From the IMG/VR virus record IMGVR_UViG_3300024299_000001, positions 64,001 to 128,000 of that record: a DNA stretch of 64,000 bases; one strand, written 5' to 3'. The position numbers and the translations under genes are program-made. A model generated the notes under the pieces. It was not told the origin of the DNA. It saw only the letters and a program-made list of their open reading frames with translations, and made no database searches. Every line of letters starts with the position of its first letter. The first letter of the stretch is position 1. Source of the DNA: a virus. This document shows, in pieces, positions 1 through 10,861 of the stretch.

Positions 1-3000
1 ATTGTAAAAAGCAGCAGCAATTGTAATAGCTTTATTCAATGGAGTCCTGGCTTGTTGTATGTCTCCATAGATTTTATCTATAGCCTGAGTTAAGGCCTTA
101 CCATGGTATTTATTAGTAAAAGCAGCAATATCTTCATAGATACTGGGATTAAGTTTAATCTTTAATAAAGCTTCTTTATTTAAATTTCCTTCAACACCAG
201 CAATATTGGCAGGAATAAATAATGCTTTTGGGTTATTAGCTAAAGTATTAGTGTAACGAACAAGTTCTCTTAATTCATCAGCTGCAGCTGGACGAGTAGG
301 GTCTTCTAAAATCTTTTCTAACTTAGCTTTAATACCATCTTCAATTATTGTAATGACTAAACCTCGTTTAATCTTACCATGACCGGAGCCATATAAAGCA
401 CCTACAGCTCTATTCTTAGCTAATTTACGTACAGCCTTATCTAAGAAGCCTTTACTATCTGTAAGTTTTCCTAATAAGAATTCTGCAGCTTCCATGCGTT
501 TATAAGTTGCAGTATCCTTAGCAGCGATCATAGTCTTTTTTAATTGGTTCACTAAAGCGCCCCAACCGGCCCCAATAGATTGGTAAGGATCATAAGGAAC
601 AGTATCTGTTTCTACAGGATTCTCAGTAAACACCATACCTTCACTGGCTGCAATACCTAAATTCTTTATAGTGGGTAAACTTAATAATAACTGGATACCG
701 CCAATAGTTGGTCCATTTGCCTGACCATCAATCTCTACTGGAAGAGAAGTAGTAAATTTACCAGCACCTGCTCTTTGAAATCTTTGGTACTCAAGAAGAC
801 CTTTTAAAGTATGAAGGTCTTCGCCACCTTCTTTAATACCGGCTAAAATATCAGCCTCTAAGTCTGGTTGAGCTTTACGTAAGGCTACCATCTCATCTGG
901 TGAGTACTCAGTATGCTGTTCTGCGGCTGATAGGAATACATCAATAGCAGCTAAAGCAGATTGTATTACTGGACTTTCTAAAATATCAGTTGTTTTTTGT
1001 TGCACTATAGCCATAGATGCTTCTTTAGTAGGATCCACTCCTAATGAGAGGCCTACTGCTGCTTTAAATAATTCAACTACTTGTTCATCTGATTTATCAA
1101 AAGTGGCTTCCCAAGCTTTATTTTTAAACAGAAATCTATGGGTCATACTATTTTGTGGTTGAATAGGACCTGCTTGTTGCATTCGTCCAGTAGCAATAAA
1201 ATAAGATTGTATAAAGAAATTAGAAGCATACTTAGCTGTTTCTTTTTTAGCATTGTGTAACCAGAAGCGTACTGCATCCAGATCAAGTTCAATTTTACGA
1301 TTAATACTCTCTCTGTGTTTATGTCGGTCATGTGTTGCATCATTAATGTTTACTGCACCAGCTGCAGTTCTCTGTCCAGCATTAGTCAGAAAAGTAAATA
1401 TATTCATAACACCATGGGATAATCCATAAGGTTGTTCAATATATTGTTTTAAATTATTGGTTTGAGGGATTGTTGCAAATTCACTTGTTCTGGCCAATGG
1501 CCACTTTTCTTTATCATTTTCCCAGGTGGGTTTGGTAAAAGAGTAGTCTAACGGATCTGCTGTTAATTTAAATAATTGTTCCCAGACACCTTTACCATAT
1601 TCATAATCTGTTCGTGTCTGGGTATTTGCATTTGTTAAGGCTTCAAATGAAGTCCCATCTTTTAATGTAACAACCTTACTAGCAATACGAAAGAAATCTA
1701 CTTTAGTAGTGTTTTTTCTGTCTATAACATCTTCTTTGGCTACATCTAGTCTTTGATCAGGAAGAATAAAAGTATTTATTAATTGAGGAGAGAGTGGAGC
1801 TTGTGGAGTATTTAACATATGATTACGTAAACCATAGAATCCTAAAGTAATCTTTTCTGTTTTTACAGGAGTACTGGGTATTCTTCCGGCATTAACTTGA
1901 GTACGCTCTACTCGACCCATACGATCTAATGTAGCCAATAACAGAGTACCAAGATCTTGTTCAATGAGCTCTCGGTCAAATACACCAATATCTTGAGTAG
2001 CCTTGATCTCAAACATCTTAATAACATCTTTACCCAGCGTTCCACTCAAATAATCTTTGGAGGCGCCAATACGACTAACCAAAGCTCTAACATCTTCAGA
2101 GATTTCCTGACTCTCTTTAAGATTAAATATTTTACGAATACTTTTGTCATCATTTATTAAGGTTTTAGGACCTTGAGTTGCTAACCACTTCCAAGCAGTA
2201 GCTGACATGGCCATAAGAAAGTTAGGATTTAGTTCACCATTAACTCTAAAATAATTAACAGCATCTTCATAAAAGAATTTTTCATTTGCTTTTGGTTTAA
2301 AAGTTTTAAGTAATGTAGCAGAGAATTCTTTATTAAACTTCATTAAAGCAATTGCTGCTTTTTCCTGATCTGGATTTAAAGAATGATTTTTAGATAATAT
2401 CTTTTTACGCATTGCTGCAACAAAATCAGGAATCTTATTTAATAAACTCTTAGGGCCGGCTTTACCATAAATTGGTTTAAAAAAAGCTCTAAGCGTATTA
2501 ACCCATAATCTGTTATTGGCTAAATCAGTATTATTTGTGTTACCTGGGGTAAGAGATTCTCTATCAATACCTGTTTTATCAGTTAATTGTTCAGCTAAGG
2601 GTGTATGTTTTTCAGAAGCTGTTTTTTCATATAATTGTTTTCTGCGATTTTGATATTCTGTATTATAAGAATTTTTCCATTTATTAGTTTTAGGATCAAT
2701 ACCTAAAGCTTCCATTATACTATCAGGATCTGTTGTTATAGGGTTATTCGAAATAAAAGCAAAATCAGTCTCTGAAAAATTTCTATTTTTTAATTCTTGT
2801 TTAATACTATCATAATACTCTTGTTCATTACTTGCGTATCCTTGAGCAACTTCACCATAACGAAGATGCTCAGAAATATCTCCTTCGTAATTTTCTTTAT
2901 CCAACTCATCCATTAAAACAGAAGTAGCTGTAGTACTATGATCATACTTAATATTCTTTTTTGAAACAGAATACTGTCCTTTAGGTATGATAATATCTTT

Positions 3001-6000
3001 TTTTGTAACAATCCTTTGTTCCCGTTCATCACCTACTACTCTTTCATCAGTAACAGCAGTTCCACCTTGTCTATTTAAAGGAAAGATTTTATCAAGATAA
3101 TCAATATTTATTTGTATAATAAAAGGATTTTTAGAATACCGATTTCCATACTCTTCTGCTAATTCTTTATCTTCAGCAAAAGAAATTCCAGTATTTTTAA
3201 ACAAGGAATCATGAGTAGGGGTTAAAACTAAATTACCTTTATCGTCTATATAAGGAGCCTCTTCCTGCCCCCTAAATAAAGTTTTTTCAGATGGCTCAGA
3301 CTCAGAAAATGCCGACGCGTCGTCAGCATTTTCTTCGGGTTTAGAGCCATCTTCTTTCTTTGGTTTCTTTTCAGTTGCATGCTTTGTTCTAAGTACTGCT
3401 TCAATTTCTTGTCTTCTGTCAGTATTAGTTTTTTCAGTATTCTGATAAAGAGTTTGTAATTCCGCTTTGGTCATTTCTTCTAATGTTAAGAATGTTTCAG
3501 ATTCATCCTGACCAAAAAAAGTATCTTCCTCTTCAACTACAAAATCTTCTTGTACTGGTGTAGTTGTTTCAATATCTTGGTCTGTTTTATAGGCTTTTAA
3601 ACCTAATTCTTGTGCTGTTGCAGTAAGAACTTTACCTGTATTTGTTTTTATTTCAATACTATAACCAGTAACAGTTTTTACCCCATTAACTATACTGAAG
3701 CTATCTGGAATCACATTACCAGTTACCTGAGCTTTAAAGGTACCAGTGTATTTAGGAAAATCAACAGTAACCCATTTTCCTTTATTTGTTTTAACTAAAG
3801 AAGTTATTTCTTGCTCAGCACTCAAAGGTTGTTCATTACTTCCGACTTCCTCTGAGGAAACATCTTCCGCTGTCGCTGCAGAAATTTCCTCCTCCTCAGT
3901 CTCAGACTGAACAACCTTTTCGGCAGTAGGCTGAGCTTGGGGAGGGGTGATCATATCCTGTGCAACTGAAAGAGCTTCAGACAGAGAATCAGCCTCACGC
4001 TCCATGGATTGAATTGAAGCTTCAAAGTTTGTATTAAAGTCATAATCGGCATTATAACCAATTGATGCACGTTCAGTGTTCAGTTGTTCTAAGAATTTCT
4101 GATCAGCCGCAGAGAATGTTTTAATGACTGCTTCTTGTTCTTCAGTTGTTTTAGCTTTTGCTTTAATTACTGCATCCTGAAGTCTACGAAATAAATCAGC
4201 TTTAATGGCATGTCTTTCAGTGAATGCCTGAAGATCTGATAACTGAGATTTAGCTAATTTGGTGTCCTTATTTTGTGTTGCAATGGCTATGGATTGCAGG
4301 TAGCCCTTGATACCTTTAAATTTATCTTTGATTCTACCATTGATAATATCTTGGTTCACCTGCACAGATGTCTTGTTTATAGGGCTTTTTTGGCCCTCTA
4401 GAGTCGCTTTGGCACTTTTCTGATAGGAGAGTATGCGTTTGAACTTAACCTTCGTTATATCGTCTATTTTGGGGTTATTCAGGACCTCATTGATATCAGC
4501 ATCTGTAAAATCACCTTTTGAACCAAAAACAGTAAGAATAGCTTCCTGGATCTTAACAGAATCAGAACCCTTAAGAATTGTCTTAACTTCTTTGAGTTTC
4601 TCAGGTGAAGCAGTCTCTTCTCGGCCCATACTATCGATGACCGGTACTATCTGATCTATGATGGCTTTAGAGGCCATGGCTTGTTTCATTGCAGAGACGG
4701 CTAACTCACCCTCTTCTTTAGTAAGTTCTCTTTCTTCTTTAATTGCCTGGTACTTCTGTACTTCTTTAATTTGTTCCTGGAATTCAGCATCTACTGCATT
4801 ATGGATCTCTATTGCTTTATCATGATTGGTTATTTTAACCGATGGATCCAGATCTTTCTTTTGATTAATCTGTTGTAATGCTTCAGCTGCCAATACAGGA
4901 TTATCTTTATGCATGGAAATGTCTTCTGTTTCAACAGCAGCTGATAATTTATCTTCATAACCTAATTGTGCTTTAGGATTCGCTTTAACCCTGAGAGCTT
5001 TACGTTCTGCTTTACGTTCAGTAGATTCTTGCTGTTCCTGTTCTGACCGAGTAAATACTCCGCCTACACTGGTAACCGGTCCACCAAGTGAACCAAGCAT
5101 ACCAGCATCAAACTGTTCTTTACGAGATTCAGCAGAGAAAGGATTCTTACCAGTACCCCATTGTTCAATGGCTGTTTGCGCGTACTCTTCAGCAAATTCA
5201 ACAGGAGCAACTTTACCTGCGGTTACACCAACTCTGGTAGCTTTGCCGGCCACACCACTTACTTTTTTACCTAATCCACCAATGGTACTGAGGCCACCTT
5301 TTAAAGCTTTTACATTAAACAGTAAATCTAAGTATTCAACTGCTCCGGCCAGTCCAGTAGCAATTCCAGCTTTCTGGATTTGTTTCCAGGTTACATCTGC
5401 TTCCTGGGATAGAGTACCAAATATCTCACCACCCTCTAAACCAAAACCAGCAGAGGCCATACCAATATGGGTACCAGCTTTACTGGTTACAGAAGATATT
5501 GCTAATTTAGATACTGAATCAGTTGCAGCAACTTTAGCAATGTTTTCAGTAGTTACTTTAGCACCTTGAGTAATTAATTGCTGTTTAGCTATCCGATCAG
5601 CTTCTTTCTTAACTAAACCACCCATAAGCTTACTAATTGCTTTTTTACCAGTAAGCTCCACACCGGTTTTAATAATACCACTACCAACCAACAAGCTAGT
5701 TAATTGCCCGGCCACATAACCCGAACCATGGGAGAACCAAGAAACTAATGCTTTCCAATCGCCTTCTTTAGCTTTTTCATAAGAGTAAGTAAAAGAATCT
5801 TCTGGTTGGGCGCCCACACCAATGTCTTGTTCAATTTTATGATACTTACCAGCAGCCGCTTCTTTAATCTTGGTAGCAATACCACCTTCCCCTACAATCT
5901 TTTCAGCCACAAGAGCACCGCCAGCTACTACACCTGAAGCTAACATAGGAATGCCCTTAACTGATTCTACAACACCCCGAGCTGCTGCTTCAGGAAGAGT

Positions 6001-6186
6001 CTCTTTATAAGGGATTAAAGGCTGATTAGGTTCTTGAAAAGTGTTAACACTGCTTCGTAACTGTGCTTCCATAGTTGCAGTATCAAATTGCTTTTCTGCT
6101 GTTTTACTATTCAATATATCTATCTTAGCTTGAAGAGTATTTTGAAGATCAATACCTTTTTGCGGAGCAAGCTCTGGATCAAACAT
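1..6186 (-). CDS. virion-encapsidated RNA polymerase (N4 gp50-like vRNAP), first 2062 codons; ORF continues past the left edge
   Basis: Absent from the ORF track because it has no stop codon in the window. ATG at 6186 with AGGA just upstream, directly after the stop of the 615-aa gene. Hand translation of 6186 to about 5000 (MFDPELAPQKGIDLQNTLQAKIDIL...) and of 1440 to 1 in the same frame met no stop; the middle was not translated. T7-like single-subunit RNAP motifs are present: IATGRMQQAGPIQPQNS (1147-1197, cf. T7 DFRGRVY..NPQGND), motif A LPVEIDGQANGPTIGGIQ (691-744) and motif B R-KLA-K-NRAVGAL-YG (385-429, Rx3Kx7YG). Its position at the end of the late operon matches N4 synteny. Confidence 0.85.
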   Translation of the reverse strand, partial: MFDPELAPQKGIDLQNTLQAKIDILNSKTAEKQFDTATMEAQLRSSVNTFQEPNQPLIPYKETLPEAAARGVVESVKGIPMLASGVVAGGALVAEKIVGEGGIATKIKEAAAGKYHKIEQDIGVGAQPEDSFTYSYEKAKEGDWKALVSWFSHGSGYVAGQLTSLLVGSGIIKTGVELTGKKAISKLMGGLVKKEADRIAKQQLITQGAKVTTENIAKVAATDSVSKLAISSVTSKAGTHIGMASAGFGLEGGEIFGTLSQEADVTWKQIQKAGIATGLAGAVEYLDLLFNVKALKGGLSTIGGLGKKVSGVAGKATRVGVTAGKVAPVEFAEEYAQTAIEQWGTGKNPFSAESRKEQFDAGMLGSLGGPVTSVGGVFTRSEQEQQESTERKAERKALRVKANPKAQLGYEDKLSAAVETEDISMHKDNPVLAAEALQQINQKKDLDPSVKITNHDKAIEIHNAVDAEFQEQIKEVQKYQAIKEERELTKEEGELAVSAMKQAMASKAIIDQIVPVIDSMGREETASPEKLKEVKTILKGSDSVKIQEAILTVFGSKGDFTDADINEVLNNPKIDDITKVKFKRILSYQKSAKATLEGQKSPINKTSVQVNQDIINGRIKDKFKGIKGYLQSIAIATQNKDTKLAKSQLSDLQAFTERHAIKADLFRRLQDAVIKAKAKTTEEQEAVIKTFSAADQKFLEQLNTERASIGYNADYDFNTNFEASIQSMEREADSLSEALSVAQDMITPPQAQPTAEKVVQSETEEEEISAATAEDVSSEEVGSNEQPLSAEQEITSLVKTNKGKWVTVDFPKYTGTFKAQVTGNVIPDSFSIVNGVKTVTGYSIEIKTNTGKVLTATAQELGLKAYKTDQDIETTTPVQEDFVVEEEDTFFGQDESETFLTLEEMTKAELQTLYQNTEKTNTDRRQEIEAVLRTKHATEKKPKKEDGSKPEENADDASAFSESEPSEKTLFRGQEEAPYIDDKGNLVLTPTHDSLFKNTGISFAEDKELAEEYGNRYSKNPFIIQINIDYLDKIFPLNRQGGTAVTDERVVGDEREQRIVTKKDIIIPKGQYSVSKKNIKYDHSTTATSVLMDELDKENYEGDISEHLRYGEVAQGYASNEQEYYDSIKQELKNRNFSETDFAFISNNPITTDPDSIMEALGIDPKTNKWKNSYNTEYQNRRKQLYEKTASEKHTPLAEQLTDKTGIDRESLTPGNTNNTDLANNRLWVNTLRAFFKPIYGKAGPKSLLNKIPDFVAAMRKKILSKNHSLNPDQEKAAIALMKFNKEFSATLLKTFKPKANEKFFYEDAVNYFRVNGELNPNFLMAMSATAWKWLATQGPKTLINDDKSIRKIFNLKESQEISEDVRALVSRIGASKDYLSGTLGKDVIKMFEIKATQDIGVFDRELIEQDLGTLLLATLDRMGRVERTQVNAGRIPSTPVKTEKITLGFYGLRNHMLNTPQAPLSPQLINTFILPDQRLDVAKEDVIDRKNTTKVDFFRIASKVVTLKDGTSFEALTNANTQTRTDYEYGKGVWEQLFKLTADPLDYSFTKPTWENDKEKWPLARTSEFATIPQTNNLKQYIEQPYGLSHGVMNIFTFLTNAGQRTAAGAVNINDATHDRHKHRESINRKIELDLDAVRFWLHNAKKETAKYASNFFIQSYFIATGRMQQAGPIQPQNSMTHRFLFKNKAWEATFDKSDEQVVELFKAAVGLSLGVDPTKEASMAIVQQKTTDILESPVIQSALAAIDVFLSAAEQHTEYSPDEMVALRKAQPDLEADILAGIKEGGEDLHTLKGLLEYQRFQRAGAGKFTTSLPVEIDGQANGPTIGGIQLLLSLPTIKNLGIAASEGMVFTENPVETDTVPYDPYQSIGAGWGALVNQLKKTMIAAKDTATYKRMEAAEFLLGKLTDSKGFLDKAVRKLAKNRAVGALYGSGHGKIKRGLVITIIEDGIKAKLEKILEDPTRPAAADELRELVRYTNTLANNPKALFIPANIAGVEGNLNKEALLKIKLNPSIYEDIAAFTNKYHGKALTQAIDKIYGDIQQARTPLNKAITIAAAFYN

Positions 6187-6194
6187 AAGACATC

Positions 6195-8042
6195 CTATTT
6201 ATTAAGATTAACCGGAAGTGCTCGTAAAAATGAGTCTCTATCTTTTTTTAAACGGCGGGAAGTTCCTTTTGTAAAGTCCCCACTTTTAAGTTTTTTAATT
6301 ATTTCAACAGGAGCTCCTGTATGGGTAACACCCCCGAGTTTTTTTATAGTTTTTTCAAATTCTACTGCTGACATTTGTTTTATATCTTTGGTTAGTTGAT
6401 CCCCAACTTGTTTTGAAATAGCAGAATTGTTCTCTAAGGCTCTCTTAAAAGCAGCTTTAGCCTCTATCAAAGATTGCTTTTGCAAAGTAGGCGAAGATTC
6501 ATTAGGAAGTTTTGAAAAAGCTGTACTCATTTGTTCAACAAATGAACCATTATTGACAGTACCAGAAAGGTTTCCTTTTCGTTGTTCTTGTCTCCAACCT
6601 AGTAATGCACCACTCTTTGCAACTGCAGCTTTTTCAAGTTCTCTTTTTAAACTTTTAGAGTCTGTAATTATTTGTTGTCTAATAGCTTTACCATCATTAT
6701 ATTGCCTCATTCGAGCTCTAATTGTGGCATCTAAAGCTTTTGGGGCTACTCCTTTTGCTCCACCAAAACCATAACTATCTCCAACAGAATCCTGATAAGC
6801 CAACCAGAGTAAACTATTTGCATCAACATCATTAATACCAGGAAGACTTCTTAATTGCTGTAATTTATTATTTAAAATAGAACTAACAGTACCTGGGCTA
6901 GTTTTTAAAGCGCTCCACCAATCAGAAGGTTCGACTTTTCCTGTTTTTGTGAGACTCTTCATAATCTCGCCTACCATACCACCATCCTGCAATACTGTTT
7001 TTTCAGCAAATGTTTTTGTATTCTCATCAAGCCCAGTAACATTACTTAATTGTTGCTTTAAAGAATCTATATGCGCAGTAGCATCTGCTTGTTGTTGTGT
7101 AAGCTGTGAATCAGCTTCTAATTTAAGCTGATTATACATTTCTTCTTGAGGACCTTTAAGTTTTTGTTTTTGCTTTGCATAACCTAGAGCCATGTTAGAA
7201 GCAGCTATTTGCTGAGTACCATTAAGGTTTGCTTTTTTAGCACCAACTTGTACTGCTTGTGCAGGATCCATACCATTATTAATATTTTTTAAAAAATCAG
7301 TGTTGAAAGCGTTAAGAGCTACTCTATCAGCTTCTTGTCTCTGATAAATACTTTCTGTTCTATTTGCTGACATTTCTTGAGTGAGCTTTTGCTGGACAAC
7401 ATCCCAATTAGCCTTAATCCCTTGTTGTTTACCCGCATCAATGGTTTCTTGAATTTTTGCTGGAGAAGTTATTGGTCCTGTATTTAATAAGAAAGTGTCT
7501 GTAGCATCTTTTCTTTCTTTATTAAATTTATTCTGTAATACCCCAGCTCCTTGTTCCCACTTAGAAGCCTGTTGCAGTGCCCAGTCATTATCAGCGCCTT
7601 TAGCAATCAAATTTTCATATACAGCCTTTGAACCAAGAGTAATATCCTTACCATCGTTGGCTGCTTGAGTACCAATTCCAGAGGCAATACTAAGTGCATC
7701 AGCCCTTAGATCAGTACGTTGCTTGGCTACATTTTTAGTAAGCTTATCAAAGTTCGCCATCTTACCGTACTGTTGTTCTATAGTACCAATATCAAACCGA
7801 CCTGCATCTTCTGCTTGGTTCAACTCACCAAGAGATTTTAACTTTTGTAAGTTAGCTTGGATACCAGTATCAACATTTTCTCCTTGTTGAATAAAATTCT
7901 CTTCCTGGAGTTTTTGATGATCGGTAAGTATTTTTTTAAAAGGATCAAACCCACTAATAATATCTTCATTAGCATCACCTATTGCTTCCAGTGGGCCTTC
8001 AAAGGAGGGTGCATTTACATTCCGCCAAGTAATCTGAGCCAT
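6195..8042 (-). CDS. virion internal/structural protein (N4 gp51 position), Q/K-rich coiled-coil
   Basis: 615-aa ORF immediately upstream of the vRNAP in the late operon. The function is assigned from position only. Confidence 0.5.
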   Translation of the reverse strand: MAQITWRNVNAPSFEGPLEAIGDANEDIISGFDPFKKILTDHQKLQEENFIQQGENVDTGIQANLQKLKSLGELNQAEDAGRFDIGTIEQQYGKMANFDKLTKNVAKQRTDLRADALSIASGIGTQAANDGKDITLGSKAVYENLIAKGADNDWALQQASKWEQGAGVLQNKFNKERKDATDTFLLNTGPITSPAKIQETIDAGKQQGIKANWDVVQQKLTQEMSANRTESIYQRQEADRVALNAFNTDFLKNINNGMDPAQAVQVGAKKANLNGTQQIAASNMALGYAKQKQKLKGPQEEMYNQLKLEADSQLTQQQADATAHIDSLKQQLSNVTGLDENTKTFAEKTVLQDGGMVGEIMKSLTKTGKVEPSDWWSALKTSPGTVSSILNNKLQQLRSLPGINDVDANSLLWLAYQDSVGDSYGFGGAKGVAPKALDATIRARMRQYNDGKAIRQQIITDSKSLKRELEKAAVAKSGALLGWRQEQRKGNLSGTVNNGSFVEQMSTAFSKLPNESSPTLQKQSLIEAKAAFKRALENNSAISKQVGDQLTKDIKQMSAVEFEKTIKKLGGVTHTGAPVEIIKKLKSGDFTKGTSRRLKKDRDSFLRALPVNLNK

Positions 8043-8055
8043 TTTGTCCCCCTAC

Positions 8056-8565
8056 TTAGATATTAATAGTTTTTTTCTGGTAAGAAGCATTGGCTAGTTT
8101 TCTTGCATTTTCACGCCAATTAAAATCTGCCTCAACTAATTGTTTCTGAGCAGCATAGTTTTTATTGAATGCTTGCTTCTGGAAGTTAAAAGAATCTTCA
8201 GCCAGTCCTAGTTTCTTCAAACCAAGATAAACTTTAGCTCCCCCTTCAAGAGCATCAAATGCTCCACCAGCCCAACTACCATGTTTCATTTTAGTAAGAG
8301 GATCTTGGTATCCGCCAAGGTGTTCCATACCAGTAGCTCTATATCTGCCAAACTCATCAACACCTCCTTTACCCCAAAACTTAAATCCATCGTAGTCAGG
8401 AAGATTAAGAGGATTAGTGTTAAGATTTGCTAAATCTCCTAAACCAAAACCTTGATTAACAAAATTCTGATTCTGAGAAGACCCATATGTTTTGCCCACA
8501 TCGGTTTTAAATAAATTTTCATCTATATCAAAATCAAAATTAAATTGATCGTTATTGTTTACCAT
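8056..8565 (-). CDS. virion protein (N4 gp52 position), Gly-rich
   Basis: 169-aa ORF tightly packed in the late operon. No catalytic motif recognised. Confidence 0.45.
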   Translation of the reverse strand: MVNNNDQFNFDFDIDENLFKTDVGKTYGSSQNQNFVNQGFGLGDLANLNTNPLNLPDYDGFKFWGKGGVDEFGRYRATGMEHLGGYQDPLTKMKHGSWAGGAFDALEGGAKVYLGLKKLGLAEDSFNFQKQAFNKNYAAQKQLVEADFNWRENARKLANASYQKKTINI

Positions 8566-8600
8566 AGTCAGTCCCCTTATTAAAATTTATTTATTTATTA

Positions 8601-10817
8601 TTAACCTATATTTGCCATATTAGCAAAAGCATAATTATTTGGTTCAGGTAATTTTAAAGACATATCAAAAAAATTAGGTACGATATCATGTGCAACAACA
8701 GTACCTATATTGCCTGCATGAATTGTGTACTCATAAAACTTTTCTGGATCTGTTATAGGATGCTGTAATAACCTGGCTGATTGTGCCATTAAAAGATTCT
8801 CAGCCAATAAATTAGGTTCAAGTTCTTCTTGAATAAGTGCTAATTCATCCCATTGCTTTTCTGCAGCCAATAAGAAATTATCATACTCTTGCTTTAGGTT
8901 TTCTAACTGACCGGCTATAAACTCATTACTCTTATTTAACAATGCAGGAACCATGGATAATAATATATCAGAAGTAAGCATGTCTTTACCGAATACAGAT
9001 ATACCAGAACTGGAGGGCCCTTTAAATGCTGTAATAGCAAAAATAAGAATTGCTAAAATTGCAGCACCTTCTGGCCCAATGGCTTCTACAATAAGCTGTA
9101 CACCATAATTTAAAGCTACTCCAAAAACAACTTGAGGTAGGATAAAATTAATAACGGCCATATAACCTGCCGAAGCTGCAGTAGCAAGATCTAACAACCA
9201 AGGCTGAGCAGACCATAATGCAAAAGCAAGAGATGCAAATAAAAAGATAAATTTAAACAAACTAGATTCATACCATTTAAGCTTAACAACATCTACAGCA
9301 TTAATAACCAGTATAAGTGCTTCTTGATAAAGTTGATTTTGCATTATCTTATTCATATTGAAAGATACACCGTAATGCACTGGTACAATAAAGTTTAAAT
9401 TATCTGCATCATCGATTACATCATTAAGGTAAGTATTAACTGAATGCCCGGTCCATATGTCATTATTATGTCTGGGAGCGTATACAGTTACTTCTTTATA
9501 TAAATTAGCTTCTGTCTGTAATTTGAAGACTACTTTAGAATTATCATCCCAAGAGCTTAAATTATAAACATCACCAACAGTATTCCGGGTAAACGTCTTA
9601 GTAGCAGTGCCAATAGCCCCAATTGAACCAACAATAAAAACTGTAGTAATATATAAGAATTCAATTTTAAGTTTAAGGCCATACTCCACAAGAGAGGTAT
9701 TCATGGTGTAGGTTTGTTTAGTATTAACATTTACTGTTGAATCTCCATTAAGAATATCATCCACATGGGTCCAAGCAGTAGCAGTTGTTAAGGCACCAAT
9801 ATGTTCAAAGAATTCTCCAAGGTACCAGATGCCTGCATTACTGGTAGTCTGCATATTAACCCCAAACATTACATAAGCATGATCAATATCATCTTTATCT
9901 GGGTTATCATTTATTTGGGTCGCAATCTCATCAATATCTAATTTTATTTTCTTTAGTAAAGCTTTACCGGTAATATATTGTTGAGTACTCTGATAGGGTG
10001 CAGAAGTTAGATCAATATTTACTCTTCTAATAGGAACCACTGGCATAAAATCAGTAGAAGTTTGTATTGTAACGGTACCACTTAAAGCTGGATGTGTGCC
10101 ATCGGAAAGTTTATATGCCCACCATTTGAGTGGCAGGGTCGTTGCGCCACCAGCATCCAGCTCGTAATAAGAGGCCATACAGTATTCAGCACCTAATTCA
10201 TAGCTGGAACTGATTACCTGGTCTTCATTGTAATAAGTAGCAGGATCTGATTCAACGGTAGCATTAGCCTTTGAGTGGAGAACAACGTAAGAGGTTAGAA
10301 TTTTATAAGTAATGGTAACTGTAACATTATCTGCAGCTAAAGACAGTTCATACAAAGTGACTTTATTAATTGCTAAGGCACCAGTGGAACTAACAGTAGG
10401 AATAGTCATTCCTGCAGGAAAGGTAGTTATTTCTTGAGTTAAATAATCATAGGTTCGGTCAGCAGTTAAAAATGGTAGAACAAGATAGTAGATCGATAAA
10501 GGATCTGTGAAGTATGCTTCAACTTGTACTCCAAGGGGTAAGATCATATCAGTAACAATTGCAGCTGCAACATCAGCTTTAGGGGCGGTAAATAAAGTAT
10601 CAGTAGTTCCTTGTGGTAAACCAAGAGTATAAAACTGTTCAGCATAGCCCATAAAGCCGGCTACTTTGGTGGCCATACCACCTAGTACAATATTAGTTAA
10701 ACTGTTGCTTATATTGTTGCCAGATAAAACGGCAGAAAGGACAGCATTCTCTACAGGAGAATTATCAGGCTCCATAAGCTGCATTGTTGCGGTTGCTACT
10801 GTAACTCTAGTTGCCAT
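8601..10817 (-). CDS. large virion protein with C-terminal transmembrane cluster (N4 gp53 position; possible ejection/channel protein)
   Basis: 738-aa ORF. The C-terminal third has several hydrophobic helices (FKFIFLFASLAFALW, VINFILPQVVFGVALNYGVQLIV, AAILAILIFAITAF). Confidence 0.5.
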   Translation of the reverse strand: MATRVTVATATMQLMEPDNSPVENAVLSAVLSGNNISNSLTNIVLGGMATKVAGFMGYAEQFYTLGLPQGTTDTLFTAPKADVAAAIVTDMILPLGVQVEAYFTDPLSIYYLVLPFLTADRTYDYLTQEITTFPAGMTIPTVSSTGALAINKVTLYELSLAADNVTVTITYKILTSYVVLHSKANATVESDPATYYNEDQVISSSYELGAEYCMASYYELDAGGATTLPLKWWAYKLSDGTHPALSGTVTIQTSTDFMPVVPIRRVNIDLTSAPYQSTQQYITGKALLKKIKLDIDEIATQINDNPDKDDIDHAYVMFGVNMQTTSNAGIWYLGEFFEHIGALTTATAWTHVDDILNGDSTVNVNTKQTYTMNTSLVEYGLKLKIEFLYITTVFIVGSIGAIGTATKTFTRNTVGDVYNLSSWDDNSKVVFKLQTEANLYKEVTVYAPRHNNDIWTGHSVNTYLNDVIDDADNLNFIVPVHYGVSFNMNKIMQNQLYQEALILVINAVDVVKLKWYESSLFKFIFLFASLAFALWSAQPWLLDLATAASAGYMAVINFILPQVVFGVALNYGVQLIVEAIGPEGAAILAILIFAITAFKGPSSSGISVFGKDMLTSDILLSMVPALLNKSNEFIAGQLENLKQEYDNFLLAAEKQWDELALIQEELEPNLLAENLLMAQSARLLQHPITDPEKFYEYTIHAGNIGTVVAHDIVPNFFDMSLKLPEPNNYAFANMANIG

Positions 10818-10861
10818 AAGCTCCTACAGTAATGGGGGCTAATTAAGCCCCCATTAGTTAA

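Noticed and set aside
1143-6399. Short track ORFs inside or antisense to the vRNAP gene (1143..1343, 1957..2160, 3610..3798, 4433..4654, 5168..5569, 6088..6399)
   Set aside because: All lie within the 6186-to-1 reading frame, which carries recognisable RNAP motifs. They are off-frame or antisense by-products.
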